This document shows, piece by piece, positions 55,044 to 64,000 of a stretch of 64,000 bases of DNA. The stretch comes from an uncultured virus (IMG/VR IMGVR_UViG_3300044631_003060) (taxonomy: Duplodnaviria; Heunggongvirae; Uroviricota; Caudoviricetes). Where the stretch lies: the IMG/VR virus record IMGVR_UViG_3300044631_003060; one strand, 5' to 3'. The notes under the pieces were generated by a model, which saw only the letters and a program-made list of their open reading frames with translations, was not told where the DNA came from and did not search any database. Made by a program: the position numbers and the translations under genes. Within the stretch, counting starts at the first letter, position 1; each line of letters starts with the position of its first letter.

Positions 55044-57468
55044 CGTTTCTGTGGGTTTTTGTTTTGGGCATTAGGTGTGTCAATTCACCACCTTTTGCAT
55101 ACTTAACTCCTTTTTTCACATATACGCCGTCTAATATGTTTGCGGCATCAATAAAGGTTGTCTTGCCTTTGCGTTCAACCTCTACCTCTTGTATCATGTA
55201 ATTTGGAACATAATTATACTTGCTCGACAATTTGCCTTTTAGCTTACCTCCTTTAGCAAATTCACCCGCTTCGTTTGAGTATGCTATATCGTCTAATAGT
55301 ATTAAATCGCCTACACCATCCTCTCGCTCATATCCTATTGGAGTGTCATTTGGAACTCGCTTATTTGTTTCTTTGTAAACATATTCTTGAAAATCGCCAC
55401 TATCATCGCCCTCGGTATATATTATAACATAATCTTGATATTGTTTGGGATTTTGAGCAAATATTTTTTTAATATTTTTGCTTGTTAATGAATGTACAGC
55501 ACCGCCTTCGGCAAAACGCCCCGCACCAAACATGCCGCCATGGGCATTAAATCCCTGTGGTTTGTTTTTGATTAGTAAATAATAAACGCTACTTGGTACA
55601 TCTTCTCTTGGTGCAGTATCCATACTATACCAAAGCATATATGCTTTTTTGAAATTTTCTTTTTTAATCATAAGCAAAATAGCTTCATGCTCTTTCTTGT
55701 CGGCACGCATCATTGCAACACCCGACTTATCGCCCTCTTTTTGATATTTTAATATTTTTTTATCGTAATTGGCAATATACTTCTCATAATCTTTTACAAC
55801 CTTTTCAAGATGTTTTTCTGTTTTGCCGCCTTTGGCGTAATGCTTACCGAGTTCTTCTAATGACAATACTTCAACAACCTCATATCCGTTGTTTTCCGTA
55901 TCTTTTTTGAAAAGTTTTACGGCTTCTTGTTTTGCTTTTTCAACACTTGGTGCTTCCAAAGTATATGCTTCCGCCGTATTGTGTACTACACCTATGCCAC
56001 TTTTTCTTTTTTCTCTCTTTGCTCCATACACGCGAATATGATAATATTTATTTCCGCTTTTGGTTGTTTCGAGTTCTTCTAATGACAACACTTCAACAAC
56101 ATCATATCCGTCGTTTTCCGTATCTTTTTTGAAAAGTTTTACGGCTTTTTGTTTTGCTTTTTCAACACTTGGTGCTTCCAAAGTATATGCTTCCGCCGTA
56201 TTATGTACTACGCCTATGCCACTTTTTCTTTTTTCTCTCTTTGCTCCATACACGCGAATATGATAAAATTTATTTTCGTCCACACCACCGCCTTTGGCGT
56301 ATTTCTCGTTGTGTGCTTTGTGGGTTTTGTCAATGTATTCTAAAACCTCGGTAACTTTATTGTGTCCATATTTTTTTGCCATAGACGACCAAAGGCTACG
56401 GCTTCCAGTAACAACATCTTTTGGATTATGATAAGCATCCACCATTTTCTCAAAGTCTTTCTGGTCAATACCAAATGTATTTTCATACTCATAATCCTCA
56501 CCCTCTTCAACATAACCGCCATGCGCAAACTTTTCGCGCATTTTGTACAAACGATTATATTCCGCCCCATTATCCTTGCTAAAATTTTCTTCCGCATGAT
56601 TTAAGGCGGCATAATAATTTTTTCTATTCTCGGCTATTAATCCCATGATACGATTGTATTCCGCACCATTGTCTTTGCTATAATTTTTTTCGGCTTCATT
56701 GAGTTGTGCATATAATTTGTCGGGGTCTACAATACCCCCGTCTTCAAATGTACCCGCACCATGTAACATGCCACCAAGTTTTAAGTATGGATATTTGCTA
56801 CGACCAAATCTATCAACGCGGTTTTCGCGATACTCGTAATATGTGTTGCCTTCTTTAGAAATGCGCTTACCAGGCGTTTTGGCTTTGCGAGAAGCGTCGC
56901 GTTCTTTGTCCAATGGTCTTGTTTGCCAATTACCTTTTGAACCCGCTACAACAGTCGCACTATTGAGAGTAGGGTTTTTAGCAAGGAACTCTTGCAACTT
57001 TTTGTATTGAGTATTGGCGTTTTTAACCGCTTTGGTTTTTTGGGCTTGTATCATTTGTCCCGCACGCTTTACCGCATCCGTCCATTTTTCTTCGCCCTTT
57101 TTGTAAATCTCTTTTGCCAATTTGGTAATGTTTCCCCTATCGGTAGGTTTCGCCGATGCCGTGCTTTTACCCTTTTTGGGTTGAACTACACTTGCTTGCG
57201 CTATTTTTTTAGCCATGGCTTGTGGCGTTTTTGGTTCGGGGGTTTTGGCTACCTTGCTTTTGATGCTTTCGGGATACTTTTGGGCAATATTGGAATACAA
57301 TGCTTCCATACTATTTTCCGCTACTTTGTAAGCCTCTTTGCTATCCGCATCGGTGCTATTTTTTAATTTCGTGTCATTAAGATATTTTGCTATCTCTTTA
57401 ACTTTCTCTACCGCTTTTTCGGGTAATTTGGACAAATCAATGTCTTTATATTTTTCTATTGGTGTCAT
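55033..57468 (-). CDS. Basic polyprotein with xxxGG-separated modules and internal duplications
   Basis: About nine xxxGG motifs; KTPGKRISKEGNTYYEYRENRVD. Confidence 0.7.
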   Translation of the reverse strand: MTPIEKYKDIDLSKLPEKAVEKVKEIAKYLNDTKLKNSTDADSKEAYKVAENSMEALYSNIAQKYPESIKSKVAKTPEPKTPQAMAKKIAQASVVQPKKGKSTASAKPTDRGNITKLAKEIYKKGEEKWTDAVKRAGQMIQAQKTKAVKNANTQYKKLQEFLAKNPTLNSATVVAGSKGNWQTRPLDKERDASRKAKTPGKRISKEGNTYYEYRENRVDRFGRSKYPYLKLGGMLHGAGTFEDGGIVDPDKLYAQLNEAEKNYSKDNGAEYNRIMGLIAENRKNYYAALNHAEENFSKDNGAEYNRLYKMREKFAHGGYVEEGEDYEYENTFGIDQKDFEKMVDAYHNPKDVVTGSRSLWSSMAKKYGHNKVTEVLEYIDKTHKAHNEKYAKGGGVDENKFYHIRVYGAKREKRKSGIGVVHNTAEAYTLEAPSVEKAKQKAVKLFKKDTENDGYDVVEVLSLEELETTKSGNKYYHIRVYGAKREKRKSGIGVVHNTAEAYTLEAPSVEKAKQEAVKLFKKDTENNGYEVVEVLSLEELGKHYAKGGKTEKHLEKVVKDYEKYIANYDKKILKYQKEGDKSGVAMMRADKKEHEAILLMIKKENFKKAYMLWYSMDTAPREDVPSSVYYLLIKNKPQGFNAHGGMFGAGRFAEGGAVHSLTSKNIKKIFAQNPKQYQDYVIIYTEGDDSGDFQEYVYKETNKRVPNDTPIGYEREDGVGDLILLDDIAYSNEAGEFAKGGKLKGKLSSKYNYVPNYMIQEVEVERKGKTTFIDAANILDGVYVKKGVKYAKGGELTHLMPKTKTHRNDER
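55849..56275. repeat. Tandem duplication, 222-bp period (74 aa)
   Basis: YHIRVYGAKREKRKSGIGVVHNTAEAYTLEAPSVEKAKQ..VVEVLSLEEL twice, nearly identical in DNA. Confidence 0.9.
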
Positions 57469-57482
57469 ATTCTTTTTACAAA

Positions 57483-60400
57483 TTAAATATCATCGAGGTC
57501 AAGTTCGTCAAGTTTGTTTTTGATTTCTTTGGCTTTACTAATTTTTGGTTGTTTTGGTTTTGTTGTTTTAGATTTTGTTGTTGTAGTCGATGTGGTGAAT
57601 GTAATACCATTTACCGACATGATAGTTTGCAAGAGTTCTTGCATTTTACCCTTATTAATATAATTTACAATTATATCGTCCAAAAGATAGGGATAAATCC
57701 ATACTTTAATCCAATTATCAACGCCTAAATTATCTTGCCCCGATATTCCTACTACAGTAAAAGCACTTTCGTCATAAGGCGTATAGAGCGTTGCTTGATA
57801 TTGAGTATATCCTTTTGTTATCAAGCCGCTATCAATCAATTCTTCATAGTGTGGATTTGTGCTACCTAAAGCACTAAACATATAAAACAAGTTTACAAAT
57901 TGCACTTTTTCTTCAAGTGTGCGTCTTTTTTTGGATAATAAATCTTTTAATTGGGCTTCGGTTTTAATCGCACCAATATTCAAATCTTCCAACACATCAA
58001 ATTCTTCGTACCATTCGCTCGGAATTTTGGTCAATTTAGGTGTTGTTGTTGCGGGCGGTGTAGCGACTTGATTGCCTACATAATCTTCAACGTATTTTTC
58101 CGACCATTCTTTCACATATTCTTGTGGAACAATTATAGTATAATTAAAATCGTTGCTTTCCGCTATTCCTTTTAAAGGCTCGTACAAGTAATATAAATTC
58201 GCTGTTCCGTATTTAGAAGCGTCATGTCGCATTTTCTTGATATACTCCTCATATTGAGGGGTATTCGGAATGTTTGACGGGTAAAATCCAAAAAGAAAAT
58301 ATTTATTTATATCATTTGGTGTTTCTATCGTGAACACTCTTCTTTTGATAGTAAAATCACTTATGGAAATATCTAAATTTCTTTTGATTTCTTCTACCAT
58401 GTACGCACTATGTGTGTTACCACCATCATTCCAATCATACCAATCTTCGTCCCACTTAAATATTGAAGTGGTTGCGGGTGTTGTTGTGGTGGTAGTTGGT
58501 GTAGTTCCGATGTTAAGATAAGCACGAAGTTTTACCCATAGATTTTCAAAAAACATGATTAGTTGGTCTTCGGGTAAAGTTATTAGTAGCCTATCATTAT
58601 TTGGCATTTTAACAACATGTGTTTCAATATCCCTATATCTTGGCGCTAAATAATCATTCACATAACTTGCCCAATCGGAATACATATCTTGTAGAGTGGT
58701 TAAAGCAATGTTGGCAATCGTAGCAAAATTGGGATTGCCGTTATTTTTTATTATCATTTCACGCAAATCGGTTGCATTCCCGTCCATGTCGGTAAATTGC
58801 CTAAATTGAAAATCTATATCGTAATCGTCATAAATTACTCCAAATGTAATGGGTGTTAGATTATTATTAATCTTGTCAAAAAGCGCCATATCAAGAACGC
58901 TATCGTTCCAATCAATATCAATTTGTGTAATTGGCGTTGTTGTCGTAGTGCTTGTAGTGGTCGTAGTTTGAGTAGTGCCTCTTTTTAATTTTAACATTTT
59001 AGCAAAATCTTCCACAAACCTTGACCAAAACTCTTGTAATGTATCAAAAGGCAAAATAACTTTGGTGTCATACTTATCCGACCATTCATCTAAGCCGATA
59101 TAGTTTTTATCAAAATCATCCGCGTAAACCTTAAAGCCTTCTTTGTTCATTGTATCGAGTATAGCATAAATTAGCGCACGAATATGTTGTAGTGTGTCTT
59201 TTGACGTTTGGTTGTTCGCTATATCCTCAAATATGATAGCTTTCAAGTCAATAACATCACGGGTGTTTTGCTCTTGAAATTGATATACGCCCATTACTAC
59301 TCCATATTCGTTGCGTAATATTTCTTCCGCATCAAAACCCGCTCCTTGTGTTTCGTTTACTTGTACAATAAAATTATTGTAAATCGCGGGTGTGCTTGCT
59401 TGGCTATCCCAATCTACCAAAACATCGTCCGACGACATTACGGCTTGAGGCGAGGTAGATTGTGGTTTGATAAGTTTGAAATCATACTTTGAATTAAAAT
59501 CGTCTATCTTATCTACGGGTATTACAAGCAACAAATCATACGATGTGTCCGTAAGCATATCTCTCAACTCTTCATATTCGCTCCAAAACTTGCTTGTATC
59601 TTCATAGCTTTCTTCGGTTTCCGCCATCTCGCTTGTTAAATCGCTATATGCCCTTGACATTTTTTCGGTTTCGGGGGTAAACCTAACCAAAAGATAGTTT
59701 TTGGATACTCCCTTTTTCGTACTAACAAACTCGCGTTGGTCTATGGTTAATTCGGGGTTTTTAATGTCATATTTATTTTTGAACTCATGCAATTCGTCCA
59801 CCATAATATCTTCGTACTTGTCGTCTATCCAAGTGAAGCCGTCTTTATATTTTGGCGTTGGTGTCGGTGTAATTATTTTTGTTTTTCTTGTCTTTGTTGG
59901 TTGTGGCGTTGTAGCGGTTGATACGGGTGTGTTGCCCATATATACTAACGGAGTTTGAGTGTTTCCCCAATCAATAGGTAATGCTTTTAATGTTTTTACA
60001 AACTCGTCTTTAAACTCCCCCATGTTTCTATACCTATAACTATATTCTACATCCTTTGCTTTTGATTGCAACTTGCTTATTTTGGTAGAAGCGTCCATAG
60101 CCCTACTTGATGAATAGCTTGCATATAGATTTTGAATAAAACTTTCGGATATATATTCAAAAACTGGAGCATGACTTGCATCCTTAAAATTACTTATATT
60201 GTCAAATGCTTTTTCGGGCGTTTGAAACGCGCCCATATAGTTAGCATATTTTAAGAAAGCTATGGCTCTTGGAGTTAATTTTATAGGAAATATCTTTTTG
60301 GCTTGTGCTTCGCTAAAATAGTTTGTAGCGTCTTTATTTAAAACCTCCATCACAAACAAATAATACATAATTGCATCGCCATAAGCTATCGTAAAATAGT

Positions 60401-62543
60401 TTGCTTCGTCGGTATTTAATTTATTAATATTTACCCATCTCTCGAAAGCCATGGTTTTTAATTTAATGCTTTCATCCGACCTTGTTAAAACTATTTCATA
60501 ATTTAAGGGCAACTCATTGTTTAATTGACTTACCAAGTATAATCTTAAATTATCTACATCTCTAAAGTCGGCGTATTGAGAAATTATTTTGCTTTCTTGC
60601 CCTATCTCATAACTTGTTGTTGCGGTTTGATTTTGAAACAAAAATGATTGCTCAACAAAATCTTTGGAGATAAATTGCGATATACCATCGACATTCTTTT
60701 CATAAGCTACAACATCTTCGCTATTGTCATTAAACCGCCAAGTAAATTGATTTTTTCTACGCGAGGTTTCTTGTTTCGCTACGGGTTCTTCTTCGGGTAG
60801 TTCTTGCTCTATTAAATAAAGCGCATAACTTTCGGATATAAGCGACTTAACTATATCTATGTATTCGGGGTTCTTTTTTGACAATTCGTTTATTCTACCC
60901 CAATCAAGTGCCGATATAGTATTCAAAAACGTATCGTCATATTCCTCGCCCAAAACATCTATAATTGATTGATATGGGCTTGTTGCGGGTTGCGCCGCTC
61001 CCGTAGTCGTTGTTTTGGTGGTGGGTGAAACACTTAAAAACGCGTCCTTTATTATTTTGCGTATTTGCGGATAAATTTTTTGCGTACTCTTATCAATATT
61101 TGCTTTTAGATATTCGTCCGTTATACAAAATATTTTTTGACCCGTAAACGGCAATTTGTCTATGTAGTTCAAAAGGTTTTGATATTCTACAACATAATGA
61201 CAAATAACATGTTCGCCTTTTTTATTGATAGCCAAACCCGAATATAAAATGATTAATTCTTCGCTTTTATTATTTATCTTAAACCTATCCCCAACACCAT
61301 AACTATTATCATTGTTTGCATCATCTATTGAAAAACAAGCAAAATATCCGCCGCCCGCGTAAGGTATTACGGGCATGCCATATAAATAATTTTCAATAAT
61401 TATATCTTCTTTCCACAAATCACCACGACTTATAGCAACTCCTTCATATTGATAGTATGTGGAATAATCAAGCGTATCAAACCCATCAAATTGAAATTTT
61501 AATAAAGTACGAACTTCATTAGGGTTGGGGCTAAATAAGTTTTCTTGTGCGCTATTTTTGTTTTTAATTATGTATGCAAACGATTTACGATTTGACGCAT
61601 AAGAGCCTAAATCCATATTGCCTAAAGACATTCTATTTAACATGCCGTCGTCGCGCACAATACACAACTTATCAAATAGTACGTTGTCCGTAAAAGGCAA
61701 AACGGGCATAGGAAAAGGAGTATAGTTCAAAGATTGATATACCAACCCACTTGGTAATGCATCCCAAATATTGCTTATGCCAAATTTATTTCGGTACTCT
61801 TCCCGTACACCATTACTTTTAATAGTTATTTCGGATTTTTCTTCAAAATATGAGTAGGCAACTATCTTATCCCCGCTATCTACAGGCTTTTTGGGTTTTT
61901 GTACTTTGATAGGTTCTATTCTTGGCAAGGGTTTTTCTTGCTTCATAAAAACAATACCCGATGGCTTTGGCATATTGATACTCCAATAAGCCATTTCCAT
62001 ATTGTCATATACGAAATTTAGAATATTGGTTTGCTCGGCGCTTGCAATGTTTTTAGAACTATCTAAAATCTTAGCAATACCTTGTCTTGTGTTTTCTATT
62101 AAAGACAAATACCCTACAACGGGATTGATTACAACACCAATCGGATATAACCTATCTTGTTTCGGTGCGCTCGCGCTTACGGCATCCGTGGACACTTCAC
62201 GCTTAATAAATCCGATAGTCAAATAATCCTTGTTGGTCTTATTGTTGTAATATTTATCGCCTATGGAAATAGGTTTTTCCATTGTGGGAACATAGGTTGA
62301 AACCAAATCACTATCTAATATCTTACCATAACGCGGCTCAATAGCATTTATGCCCTTAATGTATGCCAATGCTTCTTTAGGGCTTGTTATTGATTTATTT
62401 ATGTTAAATACGGGATACTTGTCTATGTCGCCACTTGTGCTATATGCTAAATAGACAATGTTCCCGTCTATATCGGGTTCGGTTAGCGGTATTATATATT
62501 TACCACCTTGTTTTATACCTATGTAAATTTCTCCTACTTTCAT
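57483..62543 (-). CDS. Large 1686-aa protein with Thr-rich linkers and repeated C-terminal modules
   Basis: Long ORF; poly-Thr/Pro linkers separate modules of about 150 aa. Confidence 0.75.
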   Translation of the reverse strand: MKVGEIYIGIKQGGKYIIPLTEPDIDGNIVYLAYSTSGDIDKYPVFNINKSITSPKEALAYIKGINAIEPRYGKILDSDLVSTYVPTMEKPISIGDKYYNNKTNKDYLTIGFIKREVSTDAVSASAPKQDRLYPIGVVINPVVGYLSLIENTRQGIAKILDSSKNIASAEQTNILNFVYDNMEMAYWSINMPKPSGIVFMKQEKPLPRIEPIKVQKPKKPVDSGDKIVAYSYFEEKSEITIKSNGVREEYRNKFGISNIWDALPSGLVYQSLNYTPFPMPVLPFTDNVLFDKLCIVRDDGMLNRMSLGNMDLGSYASNRKSFAYIIKNKNSAQENLFSPNPNEVRTLLKFQFDGFDTLDYSTYYQYEGVAISRGDLWKEDIIIENYLYGMPVIPYAGGGYFACFSIDDANNDNSYGVGDRFKINNKSEELIILYSGLAINKKGEHVICHYVVEYQNLLNYIDKLPFTGQKIFCITDEYLKANIDKSTQKIYPQIRKIIKDAFLSVSPTTKTTTTGAAQPATSPYQSIIDVLGEEYDDTFLNTISALDWGRINELSKKNPEYIDIVKSLISESYALYLIEQELPEEEPVAKQETSRRKNQFTWRFNDNSEDVVAYEKNVDGISQFISKDFVEQSFLFQNQTATTSYEIGQESKIISQYADFRDVDNLRLYLVSQLNNELPLNYEIVLTRSDESIKLKTMAFERWVNINKLNTDEANYFTIAYGDAIMYYLFVMEVLNKDATNYFSEAQAKKIFPIKLTPRAIAFLKYANYMGAFQTPEKAFDNISNFKDASHAPVFEYISESFIQNLYASYSSSRAMDASTKISKLQSKAKDVEYSYRYRNMGEFKDEFVKTLKALPIDWGNTQTPLVYMGNTPVSTATTPQPTKTRKTKIITPTPTPKYKDGFTWIDDKYEDIMVDELHEFKNKYDIKNPELTIDQREFVSTKKGVSKNYLLVRFTPETEKMSRAYSDLTSEMAETEESYEDTSKFWSEYEELRDMLTDTSYDLLLVIPVDKIDDFNSKYDFKLIKPQSTSPQAVMSSDDVLVDWDSQASTPAIYNNFIVQVNETQGAGFDAEEILRNEYGVVMGVYQFQEQNTRDVIDLKAIIFEDIANNQTSKDTLQHIRALIYAILDTMNKEGFKVYADDFDKNYIGLDEWSDKYDTKVILPFDTLQEFWSRFVEDFAKMLKLKRGTTQTTTTTSTTTTTPITQIDIDWNDSVLDMALFDKINNNLTPITFGVIYDDYDIDFQFRQFTDMDGNATDLREMIIKNNGNPNFATIANIALTTLQDMYSDWASYVNDYLAPRYRDIETHVVKMPNNDRLLITLPEDQLIMFFENLWVKLRAYLNIGTTPTTTTTTPATTSIFKWDEDWYDWNDGGNTHSAYMVEEIKRNLDISISDFTIKRRVFTIETPNDINKYFLFGFYPSNIPNTPQYEEYIKKMRHDASKYGTANLYYLYEPLKGIAESNDFNYTIIVPQEYVKEWSEKYVEDYVGNQVATPPATTTPKLTKIPSEWYEEFDVLEDLNIGAIKTEAQLKDLLSKKRRTLEEKVQFVNLFYMFSALGSTNPHYEELIDSGLITKGYTQYQATLYTPYDESAFTVVGISGQDNLGVDNWIKVWIYPYLLDDIIVNYINKGKMQELLQTIMSVNGITFTTSTTTTKSKTTKPKQPKISKAKEIKNKLDELDLDDI

Positions 62544-62839
62544 TCGTATGTTTTTATCAAATCTAAACCTTTGATATACTCAATTCTATCGTTAATAAAT
62601 CTTATGCTATTCGCAAGTGGTTTAAGCGACCCGTCTTCATTGATTATGGTCATTGCAAAATCGTTCAATAGATGATTTAGTTGCATAGATGAAAACTCGG
62701 TTACGAAAACAAATATATTTTTGTCCTTATCATAATATAGTTTATGTGGCATGTATCTAAAAGATGCGTGATTTCCATGCGAGGTAAAACTATTTATAAT
62801 TTCTCGTATTGCTTTATTTTGTTTTATGTTGGGTGTCAT
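62540..62839 (-). CDS. Hypothetical protein
   Basis: Coupled to neighbours on both sides. Confidence 0.6.
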   Translation of the reverse strand: MTPNIKQNKAIREIINSFTSHGNHASFRYMPHKLYYDKDKNIFVFVTEFSSMQLNHLLNDFAMTIINEDGSLKPLANSIRFINDRIEYIKGLDLIKTYE

Positions 62840-64000
62840 TATAGTAATCTATTAATAATATCTAATATGTCGTTCATTCTCTTTGTACCTTCTTCCACGT
62901 CGATTTTGCTATCATAATAAGGCGATTGTGGGTTGCTCGGTGCGGGCTTTGTAAAAAACGCTTGAGTGATTATTCTTTGTAACCTATCGCGTATGTCTTG
63001 GTTGGTTTGGTTTTTTTCTTTTTCTCTTTTTATTATTCTTCTCAAAGCGTTTTCGGGTTTGCTCGCAAGCAATATTTCGGCTATGTCGCTTATGCGATAA
63101 AATTCTTGCTCTATTGCGGTTTTATTTGCATCAAAATCATTATATGGCTGTCCTAAACCACCTACAATAAACAATTCTTTGCTTTTAACCTTTGTCTTGT
63201 TTACGCCTAATCTTTTTTGCTCTAATAGGTAGTTTTTGTACATAGCAAAACCATCCCTATAATCACTTTCAAGGTAAAGAGTGCTACCATAACCTTTTAC
63301 CTCTTTCCCGTATCGCTTCCTACTTATACCCTCGCTATTTTGCCACATAGCCCACCTAAAAAATCTTGGGTCGGCAATCGCGGTAGAAATTGCTTGCAAA
63401 TCAATGGGCGCTCCATAATCCTTAGCTACCCATGAATAGTAAACTTGCTCTCCGCTCGTAGTGTTATATGCCCTCAAACCATACACCCTAACTTTTGAAC
63501 CCGCTTGTTCAAGTTGTTCGGCAAGCATTATTATAGGCGTTACTTTTGCCATCATCCCCATACTATCAAGGTCGGCAAGACCGCCCGCAATTACAAAAAC
63601 ATCGACATAATCGGGTTCGCCACCTTTTTTGGGTCGCTTCAAATATATCTTTTTGGTTTTAGTACCATATTTGAGCGTGTATTCTTTGCCGTCTTTATCA
63701 AACGCTTTATTTTCATTAGCCGCAAAAAACCTATCGCCTACGGGTATCAAAAAAGTCGATGGAACATTTTTTAACATCTCGTAAGTACCTTTTTGTTGCC
63801 GCCTTGCAACATATTGTTTCGGCTTGCTACTTTTACTTGTCGTGCCACGATAGTAATAAGTTCCATTAATATCTTCAATAACACCCGTATCTAAATTAGC
63901 TAACTCGTCCACTTCCTCAATATACCATTCAACCAAACGATATAATGTCGGTGCGGCAAGCCCAAACGAAAATATACCCGTTGCATCTTCCGTTGCTTTA
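62839..64000 (-). CDS. vWA/CobT-like protein, C-terminal part (5' end beyond window)
   Basis: Frame open to the window edge (..GIFSFGLAAPTLYRLVEW..); VDVFVIAGG..LAEQLEQAGSKVRVY..KDYGAPID..PRFFR. Confidence 0.55.
   Translation of the reverse strand, partial: KATEDATGIFSFGLAAPTLYRLVEWYIEEVDELANLDTGVIEDINGTYYYRGTTSKSSKPKQYVARRQQKGTYEMLKNVPSTFLIPVGDRFFAANENKAFDKDGKEYTLKYGTKTKKIYLKRPKKGGEPDYVDVFVIAGGLADLDSMGMMAKVTPIIMLAEQLEQAGSKVRVYGLRAYNTTSGEQVYYSWVAKDYGAPIDLQAISTAIADPRFFRWAMWQNSEGISRKRYGKEVKGYGSTLYLESDYRDGFAMYKNYLLEQKRLGVNKTKVKSKELFIVGGLGQPYNDFDANKTAIEQEFYRISDIAEILLASKPENALRRIIKREKEKNQTNQDIRDRLQRIITQAFFTKPAPSNPQSPYYDSKIDVEEGTKRMNDILDIINRLL

Noticed and set aside
1..64000. Eukaryotic giant virus or virophage origin, suggested by the A32-like ATPase and GG motifs
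   Set aside because: Peptidoglycan hydrolases, holin, RecT, RusA, ArdA-like domain, overlapping operons and TAnnTTTG promoters indicate a bacterial host
1..64000. tRNA, rRNA, CRISPR array, integrase or transposase
   Set aside because: None recognised; intergenic gaps are short and lack cloverleaf or spaced-repeat patterns. A tRNAscan/Infernal run would be needed to exclude them fully.
1..64000. Stop-codon reassignment
   Set aside because: The standard bacterial code gives dense, closely packed genes, so recoding is not needed

Overview
This window is a gene-dense, AT-rich segment of a large bacteriophage genome. Repeated TAnnTTTG (-7) promoter boxes point to a Bacteroidota host; no rRNA, tRNA or CRISPR array was seen. 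There is no terminase, portal or HK97 capsid gene here. Instead, a long minus-strand morphogenesis region encodes an A32/FtsK-type packaging ATPase (42246-43064), a codon-biased candidate major capsid protein (41223-41921) and a paralog (18099-18983), an HEXXH peptidase, about 25 small single-TM proteins, Gly-rich fibres, and a glycosylation/sulfation cassette. This suggests a tailless, membrane-containing virus (inference). A plus-strand block (5152-15672) carries a DenV-like glycosylase, a minimal PolB-like protein and an exonuclease-RecT pair; four of its promoters have a 20-bp palindromic operator. The most striking signal is a set of polyproteins (1-4254 and 49746-57468) in which unrelated effector domains (ArdA, ADP-ribosyltransferase-like, Nudix, Cys-His modules, DUF2958-like) are separated about 30 times by a [FY]-x-[KHDRE]-G-G-x-[VIL] motif, a candidate processing or packaging signal. 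Other notable items are a second [FY]xNAxG motif in structural proteins, a PAS-PAS-2TM gene in the lysis cassette, and strong but patchy CAG/CTG depletion. All family assignments were made by eye from motifs, without database searches.
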